The notes under the pieces: model-generated
What the model was told of the DNA's origin: nothing
The model's input: only the letters and a program-made list of their open reading frames with translations
Databases searched by the model: none
In this document: piece after piece, positions 49,896-61,614 of the stretch
How the letters are laid out: every line of letters begins with the position of its first letter
How positions within the stretch are numbered: the first letter of the stretch is position 1
Program-made: the position numbers and the translations under genes
NCBI GenBank assembly: GCA_036785375.1
Contig: JAWMAR010000353.1
Coordinates: 2,418,001-2,482,000 of the forward strand
Direction of reading: 5' to 3'
From: Leucoraja ocellata
Taxonomy: Eukaryota
Length of the DNA: 64,000 nucleotides

Positions 49896-50109
49896 CGTCA
49901 CCCCAGATCCCCTGGCCACTGTTATATCAGGAAGATTGTTTGTGTCCTCCTTGGTGAAGACAGATCCAAAGTACCTGTTCAACTCATCTGCCATTTCCTT
50001 GTTCCCCATAATAAATTCACCTTTTTCGATCTGCAAGGGTCCAACTTTGGTCTTAACTAATGTTTTCCTCTTCACATACCTAAAGAAGCTTTTACTATCC
50101 TCCTTTAGG
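49896..50109 (-). mobile_element. Internal CR1 fragment between 33-bp direct repeats
   Basis: KTKVGPLQ..MADELNRYFGSVFT; repeats at 49863-49895 and 50110-50142. Confidence 0.85.
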
Positions 50110-51059
50110 GAGAGGCAAGAAGATTGCTGTGGTCAACGCCTCGAGATAAGCATTATGCAGGGCGACAGTGAGAAGTCAAGATACAGCGTCCATTTTCACA
50201 AGGGGACATGATATAAACCACGCGAGGCTATCCCAGACCGTGGAGTAAGATGCACCCCACTAACCGGAATATACAGAATAAATTGTTGTCCTTTAGAAGA
50301 AACAGAAAAACAAAACAACATTGTTAAAATTTCTCACAGCAAAAATGTCCAAGTTGCTTGTCTTTAAAAATGGTGGCGTTGCTTTAATTTAACATTCCAA
50401 GATTTGGAAGGAAAATTATTTGACAAACAACATCCAGACAATTTGGTCAATGTTGGTAAAAGTTGGGATATTGAGATGCACAGAATAAACGGCTGAAGAA
50501 AAAAACGATTTGCCTGTTACAGAAAAGGTTTGTGGGTGAGGTACCGGATGGATTGCTGTTTGAGACAGCCTGCGTTGGGCAACTGGTTCAGTACCGTCCT
50601 GAGTTTCTGGTCAACGTGACTCCTTTCACTGGCTGCTCTAACCTGACATCTGCTCCCATGAAACACGCCTTCCTTTGAGTTTGAAACCAGATAAATGTTC
50701 CACACTAATACTCTTCGCAAATATGCAACCTCTCAACAGCAAAAACAACACGTCGCACCTTTTCTGGGCAGTGATGGTCCAAAGTCTGGCTTGTTCCTTT
50801 TATTAAAGAGAACTGATAAAGATTCAGGCTGAAATCATAAAGGAATCCAAAGGAGTCCAAAGGGCTTTTACTGCACATTATCAATCACAGGACTGTGGGG
50901 AGGCAGTGAGACGATGAACAACCAAAGTTGGGAATAAGGTAGGGACATTTCTATACTTTTAACTTGTTTCCTATAATTGTGGCCATACTGACCAATGTGG
51001 ACATTAGAACCATCTGAAGTTATGTGCAACTCTGTATTAATGCCATTAAACTGTCTCAT

Positions 51060-51490
51060 GGTGTGTCGTTAAAGAATCACCAAAACAGGAGAGTCGACAA
51101 AGAAGTCAGTGGATGTTATTTACTTGGATTATCAGAAGGATTTTGATAATGTGCCACACGCGAGGCTGCTAAACAGGATTGGAGCTCCTAGTATTTGAAG
51201 CAAGGTTCCAGCATGGATAGTAGATTGGTTGACGGGCAGATTCAACGAGTGAGAATAAAGGGGGGACATTTCTGGTTGGCTGCTGGTGAATAGTGGTGTT
51301 CCATGGGGGTTGGTGTAGGGGCTTCATGTGTTAATGGTCTGGATGGGAGAATTGGTGACTTTGTGGACAAATTTGCAGACGGGATGAAAAGAGGTGGAGG
51401 GGGCAGTTGTGTAGAGGAAGCATGGAGGCTGCAGAATGACGTGGACAGGTTGGGAGAGTGGGCAAAGAAGTGGAAAATGGAATACAGCGG
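51060..51490 (+). mobile_element. Old CR1 RT fragment
   Basis: VDVIYLDYQKDFDNVPH, KFADGMK, LQNDVDRLGEWA. Confidence 0.8.
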
Positions 51491-51643
51491 GTTGTTGTGT
51501 TTGACTGAGAGTTCACAATCTAAAATATTCGTTCCCCGCCACTCCCTGGTACTGATAAGGACAAGCGCAGTGAACTGGGCGGCACGGTGGCGCAACGGCA
51601 AAGCTGCTGCCTTCTTCTTCTTGCGAATGGCATGCACAGCCTA

Positions 51644-51871
51644 ATGTCCCTGTCCCACTTAGGAAACCTGAACGGAAACCTCTGGAGACTTTGCGCCCCA
51701 CCCAAGGTTTCCGTGCGGTTCCCGGGGGGTTTTGTCAGTCACCCTACCTGCTTCCACTACCTGCAACCTCCGGCAGCCAACTGCAACCTCCGGGAACCGC
51801 ACGGAAACCTTGAGTGGGGCGCAAAGTCTCCAGAGGTTTCCGTTCAGATCTCCTAAGTGGGACAGGGGCAT
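51644..51871. mobile_element. Palindromic MITE, ~80-bp inverted arms, TA target duplication
   Basis: TA-ATGTCCCTGTCCCACTTAGG...CCTAAGTGGGACAGGGGCAT-TA. Confidence 0.9.
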
Positions 51872-51928
51872 TAAAGTTGTAGGACAACTAGTTCTATTTG
51901 ATCTTATTTGATTGTGCACGCCGGAGTC

Positions 51929-51981
51929 ATTGCATTGGTCGAAACAGGGCGGACCACGTGAAGATTGCAATCTCCCACCCC
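51929..51981 (-). ncRNA. HDV-like self-cleaving ribozyme fold (minimal)
   Basis: P1 GGGGUGG/CCGCCCU with G1.U wobble, P2 AUUGCA/UGCAAU, P3 AUC/GGU, L3 UUCACGU, short UUCG P4, J4/2 CCAA. Confidence 0.8.
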
Positions 51982-53517
51982 AGTTGCTGCCTCACAGAGA
52001 CCCGGGTTCGATCCTGACTACGGGTGTTGTTTGTACGAAGTTTGTACGTTCTCCCCGCGACCGCGTGTGGTTTCTCCGAGTGCTCCGGTATTTTCCCACA
52101 ATCCAAAGACGTGCAGGTTTGTAGATAATTGGCATCATGAAAATGTGTAAATTCTCCCTAGTCTGCAGGGTCGTGCTGGTGTACACGGTGATCTCTGGTC
52201 GTCGCGGACATGGTGGGCTGAAGGGGCCGTTTCCATGCTGTATCTCGAAAGTACAATCTAAAGTCTCTCCATTGGGCACGTGGTGTATGGAAGTAACTGA
52301 ATTATTTTATTTTCATATTAATGATATTTGGAAACTCTCCGGGAATATTCTTTATGCCCTATAACATCACAGTGTCAAACAATGTAAATGCCCCCATTCG
52401 CTGTGGAAAGTATTCCCCGGACACTGTGGGAGCAACGTTCATGATTGCAACAACCACTTCAGTCCACGTACAGATCTTGTGTATGAGAGATATTACATAA
52501 TCTTGTGTTAGAAAGTTCCTCTACTAGTCCTACTGTTCCCGCCTACATTCTATCTGTGTCCCATCCCCTCCCTCGACATCAGTCTGAAGAAAGGTCTCGA
52601 CCATAAACGTCACCTATTCCTTCTCTCCATAGATGCTACCTGTCCCGCTGAGTTACTCCAGCATTTTGTGTCTATCTTCCACTGACCGATCTTCCCCACA
52701 CATTGACCGTCACCTTCCCCTCAGCTCCCCTGCTGTACCACCTGAAGCCACTCTGGGAATGTCCTCACTCGGCTTCTGTCAACAAGAATCCACAGTGTCC
52801 AGGCCGTGCCCTTGTCTCACTGCTAACGTCGGGTAGGACGTGTAGAAGACTGAATTCCCACACCGTCAGGTTCAAATACAGCTTCAACCCCACAACTATC
52901 AGGTTCTTGAACCGACCCGCACACCCATAGTCCCACCTCAGTATTTACAGAACCATATCACCAGAGGACTATGGTCCAATATAAATACTGAGGAAGCGCA
53001 TCGAACAAATTAACGATTGGACGTGCCGAAACTTTCTTCAATGAAACGAAGACAAAAGGGTGGAAATTGTTTGTATAAAGCACTGAATGATCTAGGGCCA
53101 AAATACATCTCTGATTTTCTGCTACAAGGTTGACGAGTTCCCGCTCAGACTCTCCTGTGCTGGGGATGAGTGGGAAATAGAGGCCAAAAATGTCGGGTCC
53201 ACATCGGATAAAACAGGGGGAGAGAGAAACAGGAGCTAATGAGAGAGCAGAGACCCGGGAGATATTGTTCACTCTTTATTCCTCTGGACAATATCATCTC
53301 ACCCCGTGAATATTTTTTATTGTCCCGGCATCTTTTGACTTCAGAAATATTTTCTGTCCTTTGACAGGTTTGATGATGGGTGACTGAAGAAATTCCCGGG
53401 AGAAGATTTGTCCCAGACCTGGCCCCCTTGACGGGAGACTCAAGGAGCAGATTGTAAAGGGAGCCGGGATCCCGGTGCGGAGCCTGGAGTCCTTTGGCCA
53501 CCGGTTGCCCTTGGCCA

Positions 53518-53616
53518 CCCCGCACAAGGTGTGACCTTTCACCACGCACAAGGTGTGACCTTTCACCCCGCACAAGGTGTGACCTTTCACCCCGCACAAG
53601 GTGTGACCTTTCACCC
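53518..53616. repeat. 24-bp tandem repeat x4 (CCCCGCACAAGGTGTGACCTTTCA)
   Basis: Direct reading. Confidence 0.95.
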
Positions 53617-53716
53617 CCTGGTCAACAGTGAGTGGGGGTGGTGAACATCGGCAGCGGGGACGGGGGGGGGGGGGGAGGGGGTTGACAGGTTCGTGCCCAT
53701 CACGGGTCAGTCTAAC

Positions 53717-53752
<36 letters not shown>

Positions 53753-53773
53753 GGCACTGACCCCTCCACTGGG

Positions 53774-53831
53774 ATGGGAGTGGTTCACTGCGCTGTGTTG
53801 TTACTGAACTGGATCCTCAGCTCAGCCCACG
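53774..53831 (+). CDS. Butyrophilin-like gene, signal-peptide exon
   Basis: MGVVHCAVLLLNWILSSAH with phase-1 GTAATG donor; (CT)n CAG acceptor at 53753. Confidence 0.8.
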
Positions 53832-54314
53832 GTAATGACCACAACATCTGGTCTATTTCTATTTATTTATCTCATGGAGGGGGCTTCATGGAGTCAGAAG
53901 ATTCATATTTTAAAATCATTCATTTTAATGCAGTTGTCCACATCACTTAATACGATCAGGTAGGAGGTTCTTCCTCCCTCTGTGAGCGATGATGGGAACT
54001 GCAGGAGTAGGAGGCAACTTCATTTTCGTGGATAATCAGGATAGCAGGAAGCAGAGAGTGGATGCTGATCATTTTTCTCTCTGGGTGGCAAGATGGAAGG
54101 AGTGGTGTCCCACGGGGATTGGTGTCGAGGCCCCAATGTTATGTAAACAAATAATCGTGGACAAGCAGTGAAAATGTTCATATCCTGGCTTCATCCCTGG
54201 ATTATAAGGTTATTGGTGATAGGAGCAGATTAAGGCCATTCCACCCAAGTCTACTCCGCCATTCAATCATGGCTGATCTATCTCTCCCTCCCTAACACCA
54301 TTAGAGACATGGTC

Positions 54315-55370
54315 TTAGAGTGATACAGCATGGAAACAGGTCCTTCGGCCCAACATGCCCACACCGGCCAACAATGTCCCATCTACACTAGTCATAGAGT
54401 TATACAGCATGGAAACAGGCCCTTCGGCCCAACTTGCCCACACCGGCTAACAATATCCCATCTACACTAGTCACAGAGTGATACAGCATGGAAACAGGCC
54501 CTTCGGCCCAACTTGCCCACACTGGCCAACAAAGTCATAGTGCACTTGTCACAGAGTGATACAGTGTGGAAACAGGCCCTTCAGCCCAACTTGCCCACAC
54601 CGGCCACCAATGTCCCATCTACACTAGTCACAGAGTGATACAGCATGGAAGCAGGCCCTTCGGCCCAACTTGCCCACACCGGCCAACAAAGTCTCTGTAC
54701 ACTAGTCACAGAGTGATACAGTGTGGAAACAGGCCCTTCGGCCCAACTTGCCCACACCGGCCAACAATGTCCCAGCTACACTAGTCCCACCTGCCCGCGC
54801 TTGGTCCATATCCCTCTAAACCTATCCTGTCCTATCCATGTACCTGTCCAACTGTTTCTTTAAAGATTGGATAGTCCCAGCCTCAACTACCGCCTCCAGC
54901 AGCTTGTTCCCTACATCCACCATGGTGTGTGAAAATGTTACCCCTCGAATTCCTATTAAATGTTTTCCCCTTCACTTTGAACCTATGTCCTCTGGTCCTC
55001 GATGCCCCTACTCTGGGTAAAAGACTCTGTGCATCTACCCGATCTATTCCTCTCATGATTTTGTACACCTCTATAAGATCTCCCCTCATCCTCCTGCGCT
55101 CCATGGAATAAAGACCCAGTCTACTCAACCTCTCCCTGTAGCTCACACCCTCTAGTCCTGGCAACATCCTCGTAAATCTTTTCTGAAGATTCTCAAGCTT
55201 GACAATATATTTCCTATAACCTGGTGACCAGAACTGAACACAATATTCTAAATGCGGTTTCACCAACGTCTTATACAACTGCAAGTTCTGTACTCAATAC
55301 TCTGACTGATGAAGGCCAAAGAGCCAAAAGCCTTTTTGACCACCTTATGTACCTGCGACTCGACCTTCAA
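54315..55370 (-). mobile_element. Intronic CR1 3' fragment whose terminal ~79 bp is tandemly repeated ~6 times (54315-54785)
   Basis: LYKTLVKPHLEYCVQFWSP ORF; repeated AGAGTGATACAG..CCCTTCGGCCC unit. Confidence 0.9.
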
Positions 55371-55434
55371 TAAGGGATTATCCTTATTGATTCCTTAAAT
55401 AAGTATATTTCCAATTATTTGAATTGACCCGCAG

Positions 55435-55782
55435 GTGAATTTCTCGTTATTGGACCGGGCGATGGTTTTGTGGCCACTGTAGGTGGAGATGTGGTGTTGG
55501 AATGTCAGCTTGTACCAGATATATTGACCAGCAACATGGTCGTGCAGTGGAGGAAGACAGGTCTCATCTCGCCAGTCCTTGTGTACAGACATGGACACAA
55601 TGACACCCTCGCTCAACACCAGGATTACAGAGCAAGGGCCAAACTGTTTAAAGATGAAGTGACCAAAGGGAACATTTCCCTCAGAATAAAGAACGTAACA
55701 AGGTTTGATGAAGGGGAATATACATGTTCATTTACAGAGGGAACCGAGTATGAAGATTCTCCAGCTCAACTACAAGTTCGAG
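55435..55782 (+). CDS. Butyrophilin-like gene, IgV exon (348 nt, phase 1-1)
   Basis: EFLVIGP..VGGDVVLEC..VQW..QHQDYRARAKLF..GNISLRIKNV..DEGEYTC; CAG/GTGAGT splice sites. Confidence 0.93.
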
Positions 55783-56234
55783 GTGAGTAAGTAAAACATC
55801 GATGATTGACGATAAATGTAAAACGAACAGATTGTAAAGAGCGTTCACTCAACAATGTAGATTTATAATTACATAATTAACAACTTGCTGCTGTTGTAAT
55901 GTTTATATTGAGAAGTAACTTGAGTAAATGGAGAAAGGGTTTCATCCCGAAACCTTGCCTGTTTCCTTCGCTCCATAGATGCTGCCTCACCCGCTGTTTC
56001 TCCAGCATTTTTGTCTACCTTTGAGTAAATGAAGGGCAGCCATGGGAATGTATTTAACTGGAGTTCCATCACATCTGTCCCAGTGTTTTTCATTGAGGGG
56101 AATGGAGAATGGATGTAGGGAAGGTGCATCACAGTTGTACAGGATGTTGTTGAGATCTCACCTGGGACACAGTGTACAGTCTTTGTCTCCTTACTGAAGG
56201 AAAAATGTACTTGCCATGTGCAGCATATATGTAC

Positions 56235-56266
<32 letters not shown>

Positions 56267-56802
56267 TCTCCCTTTGAATCTCCACCTCGTTGCGCTCATT
56301 TCCCAAATCAAGGTCAAGTATAATCCCACCGAGCGATGTATTAACTGCCTAGTGTGTCAGGAAACCCTTCTAGATGTATCAAACAAATGCTGCCACATCT
56401 AAGTCCTTGCCCCAGAGGCATTCAAGGTGAATATTGGTTGGTTGTGGAATATGACTTCAAATTTCCCAATATTGACCATGAGTGCTACTTCCAGGTGGCC
56501 AGATACTTGGATCCCCAGATACCTCCGTTCCACCTCACTATACAGGTTCCAGCCATTTACCCTGTCACTTCAGCCTGGATTTAATTACCGAAATGATGAA
56601 AACATTCTGCAGGTCAGGCAGCATCTGGGGAGAGAGAAGCAGAGTTGACATTTCTGCTCAATGACTTTCCATTGGAACTAGAAATAATTAGAAATTATAT
56701 AAGTATTGTTGCAAGAGGTTTGAATACTTGAACAAAATGCTGTATGGTCCAAGTTGCTATTCTTCCTGACTATTGTTATTTCTACATCTGTCACTGATGC
56801 AG

Positions 56803-57083
56803 CTTTGGGGAGTTTGATCCGGATTCGGTTGCAGGGATACCAGGGAGATGGAATCCAGCTTGTGTGTAAGTCCAGTGGATGGTATCCTGGACCAGAGATG
56901 CTGTGGATCAGTGAGGATGGACAGGTTTTACCACAAGCTGAAACAATGTACCATGAAGATACAGAAGGTCTTGTAAATGTGGAGAGCAACGTGACAGTAA
57001 TGAGGCAATTAACAACAAGTTCAAGTGTGTTGTTCAGTACCGATGGTTAAATATACAACGTGAGGCAATTGTTAAAATATCAG
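56803..57083 (+). CDS. Butyrophilin-like gene, IgC exon (281 nt; 1-nt frameshift near 57015)
   Basis: ALGS..GIQLVCKSSGWYPGPEMLW; the second Cys (KFKCVVQ..AIVKIS) lies in a shifted frame. Confidence 0.9.
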
Positions 57084-57283
57084 GTTTGTAAATGTTGCTG
57101 TTTGATCATTGAAGTATAAAGGTGATTTACATTCCATTGAAACCCCGACTGTCCAGAATGTTCACTGAGGTGCTCACATGTTTCACAGTGATGATTTATC
57201 CACATCTCACTTCTGTGGGGAAATGATCACTGATTTTTAAAGACAGTTTACTATATGCGCCGTTCACTGTCTTCACTCTGCAG

Positions 57284-57406
57284 ATGATATCTTTCCTGCT
57301 GGAATTCCTGACTGGGTCCTGCCGCTGGTCCTCACCATTTGTCTTCTCATTGCCGCCCACGGTGCTGTGTTTTACTGGAACGTGAAACAAAACAGACGCA
57401 TTAAAG
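57284..57406 (+). CDS. Butyrophilin-like gene, transmembrane exon
   Basis: DDIFPAGIPDWVLPLVLTICLLIAAHGAVFYWNVKQNRRIK; CAG/GTACGT, phase 1-1. Confidence 0.88.
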
Positions 57407-58596
57407 GTACGTTAAACAACAGCGTAAGATGCAGGTCAGGAAATCCGGGCAGGATTCTCCCAGATTCCCACTGTAACTTCAGTGGAAAACCAGAGCACTC
57501 TCCGCGGGGCTTCCACCTTCCAGCAGTAACTGTCGCCCCTGGACAGAATATCAGTGTCCCGGGAGGTGGGGGTAATNNNNNNNNNNNNNNNNNNNNNNNN
57601 NNNNNNNNNNNNNNNNNNNNNNNNNNNNNNNNNNNNNNNNNNNNNNNNNNNNNNNNNNNNNNNNNNNNNNNNNNNNNNNNNNNNNNNNNNNNNNNNNNNN
57701 NNNNNNNNNNNNNNNNNNNNNNNNNNNNNNNNTTGGTGTGCGTGTNNNNNNNNNNNNNNNNNNNNNNNNNNNNNNNNNNNNNNNNNNNNNNNNNNNNNNN
57801 NNNNNNNNNNNNNNNNNNNNNNNNNNNNNNNNNNNNNNNNNNNNNNNNNNNNNNNNNNNNNNNNNNNNNNNNNNNNNNNNNNNNNNNNNNNNNNNNNNNN
57901 NNNNNNNNNNNNNNNNNNNNNNNNNNNNGAGAAGATTTAACCGGACACAGAATCACTTGGGCTTGTCTCTGTTTCCTGTATTTGATCTCCACTGTGGAGA
58001 GACGGATCACAGATGAGGTGATCATTTGGATCAACATCTCTGTTCACTTCCCCGTTGTCAACCTGAGCTTTCACTCACTAGTCACTTTCATTGTGTGTCC
58101 CGTACCAGTGTGAGCTCTCCCTCACTCCTACACTGATCTAATGAGGCTGAGCAGAGGCTGGGGGACCGCCTGCCTTTGAAGCCGGCATCTCGCAGCTTCC
58201 CCATTCAACATTGTCCACAATAATCACCGTGTTGACATTTACCTACAACAACTGTTGGTCGTGGGTGAATGATTGAAACGTCCCCAGATCCACAGTGTAT
58301 TTATTCACCTGATCCGTTCCTCATCATTCCCCTCTCCTGCCCTTCACATCTTACACAACATTTGTTTCCCCGCTACACTTGTGTCACACCTGTCACCATC
58401 TGACATTGTCCAGGCCTGATGAGACCCTGTCAATGTGAACCAGGAATTCTGTTCCTCACTGTAGCTGCCTGACCCGCGCGGAACTTCCCTCATTGTCCTG
58501 CACTTATTTCCAGCCTTGTTTGGATTGACCTGTGACTCTGATAGTCATTGTCTCTGATGCTCATTGTTCAAATGTAACACTGGTTTCTCCTTCCAG

Positions 58597-58629
58597 AGCT
58601 GGAACGGCGCAAATACATCATAGAAAATG
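58597..58629 (+). CDS. Butyrophilin-like gene, short cytoplasmic coiled-coil exon
   Basis: TTCTCCTTCCAG acceptor, ELERRKYIIEN, GTAAGA donor; 33 nt, phase 1-1. Confidence 0.7.
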
Positions 58630-58669
58630 GTAAGAATTTACTATAGAAATATTCACAAATGAGAAGGAA

Positions 58670-58830
58670 TGGTGACACAGTGGCGCTGCTGGGAGAATTG
58701 ATATCTCACAGTGCCAGAGACGAGGGTTCGATGCTGACCTTGGGTGCTGTCTGTGTGGAGTTTGCATGTTCTCCCTGTGACGGGTTTCCTCCGGGTGCTC
58801 CGGTTTCCTCCCACATACTGAAGGCGTGCG
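58670..58830 (+). mobile_element. tRNA-derived SINE (degenerate)
   Basis: GGTTCGATGC B-box and TGTGTGGAGTTTGCATGTTCTCC core. Confidence 0.65.
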
Positions 58831-58839
58831 TGTCTGTGT

Positions 58840-60013
58840 GTTAATTTCAGGAATGCTGATGGTGTACAAGCCCCAATCAGCATCAATGGTGTCGAAGTAC
58901 AAGTGGGTGAGAGCCTCATGTATCTCGGTGTTAATATTCACAGTGATCTGTTGTGGACCAAGATCAGAGAATCAACAGCCAATATGTCACCCAATGTCTC
59001 CACTTGCTTAGGAGACTGAGGAGATTCAGCCTGTCTAGACGAGATCGTAATTACTGAAAGATGTAGATGTAGCCCAGTCCCACACACACCACACTCCCCA
59101 CCATTGTAGATGTAGCCCAGTCCCACACACACCACACTCCCCACCATTGTAGATGTAGCCCAGTCCCACACACACCACACTCCCCACCATTGTAGATGTA
59201 TCCCAGTCCCACACACACCACACTCCCCACCATTGTAAATGTATCCCAGTCCCACACACACCACACTCCCCACCATTCTAGATGTAGCCCAGTCCCACAC
59301 ACACCACACTCCCCACCATTGTAGATGTATCCCAGTCCCACACACACCACACTCCCCACCATTGTAGATGTAGCCCAGTCCCACACACACCACACTCCCC
59401 ACCATTGTAGATGTAGCCCAGTCCCACACACACCACACTCCCCACCATTGTAGATGTAGCCCAGTCCCACACACACCACACTCCCCACCATTGTAGATGT
59501 AGCCCAGTCCCACACACACCACACTCCCCACCATTGTAGATGTAGCCCAGTCCCACACAGACCACACTCCCCACCATTGTAGATGTATCCCAGTCCCACA
59601 CACGCCACACTCCCCACCATTGTAGATGTAGCCCAGTCCCACACACACCACACTCCCCACCATTGTAGATGTAGCCCAGTCCCACACACACACCACACTC
59701 CCCACCATTGTAGATGTAGCCCAGTCCCACACACACCACACTCCCCACCATTGTAGTAGCCCAGTCCCACACACACCACACACCCCACCATTGTAGATGT
59801 AGCCCAGTCCCACACACACCACACTCCCCACCATTGTAGATGTAGCCCAGTCCCACACACACCACACTCCCCACCATTGTAGATGTAGCCCAGTCCCTCA
59901 CACACCACATTCCCCACCATTGTAGATGTAGCTCAGTCCCACAAGCATTTCACTTCACTACACCTCGGTGTGTGTGAATGTGACTAATAAAATACATTTG
60001 ACTTTGACTTTGA
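58840..60013 (+). mobile_element. Degenerate Rex1-type LINE fragment containing a minisatellite, ending in a (TTTGAC)n tail
   Basis: YLGVNIHSDLLW..LRRLRRF motifs; tail at 59985-60013. Confidence 0.65.
59062..59943. repeat. 43-bp minisatellite (~20 copies)
   Basis: Unit GTAGATGTAGCCCAGTCCCACACACACCACACTCCCCACCATT. Confidence 0.97.
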
Positions 60014-60369
60014 CATCCTGCCCAAGAATCGAATGGTCTGATGTTTTACTCCAGACTGGGTTTATTCCGCTCCCCTGTGAGTTTATAACATAATTTATTT
60101 CAGTTTTACCCCAGAGTGGGTTTATTCAAGATTCAATAGAGTTTATTGTCATGTGTCCCAGATAGGACAATGAAATTCTTGCCATGCTTCAGCACAACAG
60201 AATATAAACGGCATGAATACAGAACAGATCAGTGTGTCCATATACCATTGTATATATATATATATACACACATGAATAAATAAAACGGATAAAGTGCAAA
60301 TAAACTGATAATGGGCTGTTAATGTTCAAAGTTTTGTTTGAGTTGAGTTAATTATCCTGACGACTATGG

Positions 60370-61190
60370 GGCTGTTTGTATTGTGTTCCCCTGTGTGTTT
60401 ATAACATTATTTACCTCAGTTTTCCCACAGAGAGGGTTTATTCAGTTCCCCTGTGTGTTTATAACATTATTTACTTCAATTTTACCCCCAGACAAGGTAT
60501 AATTTAGCTCCCCTGTGTGTTTATAACATTATTTACTGTATTATACTGTATTATAACATTATTTACTGTCACTGTATGTCATGTGTTACTTGTGGGAGGA
60601 GTAGCAAGGCAGATTTTTTGTATGTGAATACTTGGACAATAAACTTACTAACTCACCCCAGTTTTACCCCAGACCGGGTTTATTCCGTTCCCCTGTGTGT
60701 TTATAACATTATTTACCCCAGACCGGGTTTATTCCATTCCCCTGTGTGTTTATAACATTATTTACCCCAGACCGGGTTTATTCTGTTCCCGTGTGTTTAT
60801 AACATTATTTACCCCAGACCGGGTTTATTCCGTTCCCCTGTGTGTTTATAACATTATTTACCCCAGACCGGGTTTATTCCATTCCCCTGTGTGTTTAAAA
60901 CATTATTTACCCCAGACCGGGTTTATTCCGTTCCCCTGTGTGTTTATAACATTATTTACCCCAGACCGGGTTTATTCTGTTCCCCTGTGTGTTTATAACA
61001 TTATTTACCCCAGACCGGGTTTATTCCATTCCCCTGTGTGTTTATAACATTATTTACCCCAGACCGGGTTTATTCCATTCCCCTGTGTGTTTATAACATT
61101 ATTTACCCCAGACCGGGTTTATTCCGTTCCCCTGTGTGTTTATAACATTATTTACCCCAGTTTTACCCCAGACCGGGTTTATTTCCCCAG
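60370..61190. repeat. 49-bp minisatellite
   Basis: Unit CCCCAGACCGGGTTTATTCCGTTCCCCTGTGTGTTTATAACATTATTTA; homogeneous from 60660. Confidence 0.95.
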
Positions 61191-61271
61191 ACGTGTAGTT
61201 TATTTGGTGATTTATTGATTATTTACAGAGAGCCAGAGAGAGGGAGATGTTTATAACGTGTTTTATCTCAG

Positions 61272-61287
61272 GACGCTGTTCCAGACG
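61272..61287 (+). other. Possible micro-exon
   Basis: TTTTATCTCAG acceptor, 16 nt, GTGAGT donor; phase does not fit the preceding exon directly. Confidence 0.3.
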
Positions 61288-61614
61288 GTGAGTTTATATT
61301 ATTGACCCCAGTTTTATTCCCCCAGACGTGTAGTTTATGTGGAGATTGACCTCAGCTCTCTCTTTCCCCCAGATTTACTGGGTTTATTTATTTTGCTGAT
61401 TCCGCTGCTGATTTGTTTATTTATTTATAACCTCAGTTATTGACCTGAGTGAATAAGAGGGAGAGGCTGGTTTATGTATAACAGTCTGACCACACACACA
61501 CACACACAAATGTGTACTGTACTGTAGATGATGTATCATTGACCTCACTCACTTAATCACTTCTACCACATATTGACCACACACACACATAATGTGTACT
61601 GTACTGTACTGTGG

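Larger units (their letters stand above)
51613..51981 (-). mobile_element. Short (~139 nt net) non-autonomous retroposon with (AAG)n tail and 11-bp TSD
   Basis: TSD AGCTGCTGCCT (51602-51612) / AGTTGCTGCCT (51982-51992). Confidence 0.85.
51587..52265 (+). mobile_element. tRNA-derived SINE hosting two nested insertions
   Basis: A-box-like GGTGGCGCAACGG and B-box GGTTCGATCC (52005); CR1-like 3' end. Confidence 0.8.

Noticed and set aside
51587-52020. tRNA gene
   Set aside because: The A/B boxes belong to an interrupted SINE head; no cloverleaf
54315-54785. Regularly spaced hairpin repeats resembling a CRISPR array
   Set aside because: No unique spacers or cas genes; eukaryotic DNA; the unit is the CR1 3' end
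58938-61047. Cys/Trp-rich repetitive ORFs
   Set aside because: Translations of the 43- and 49-bp minisatellites
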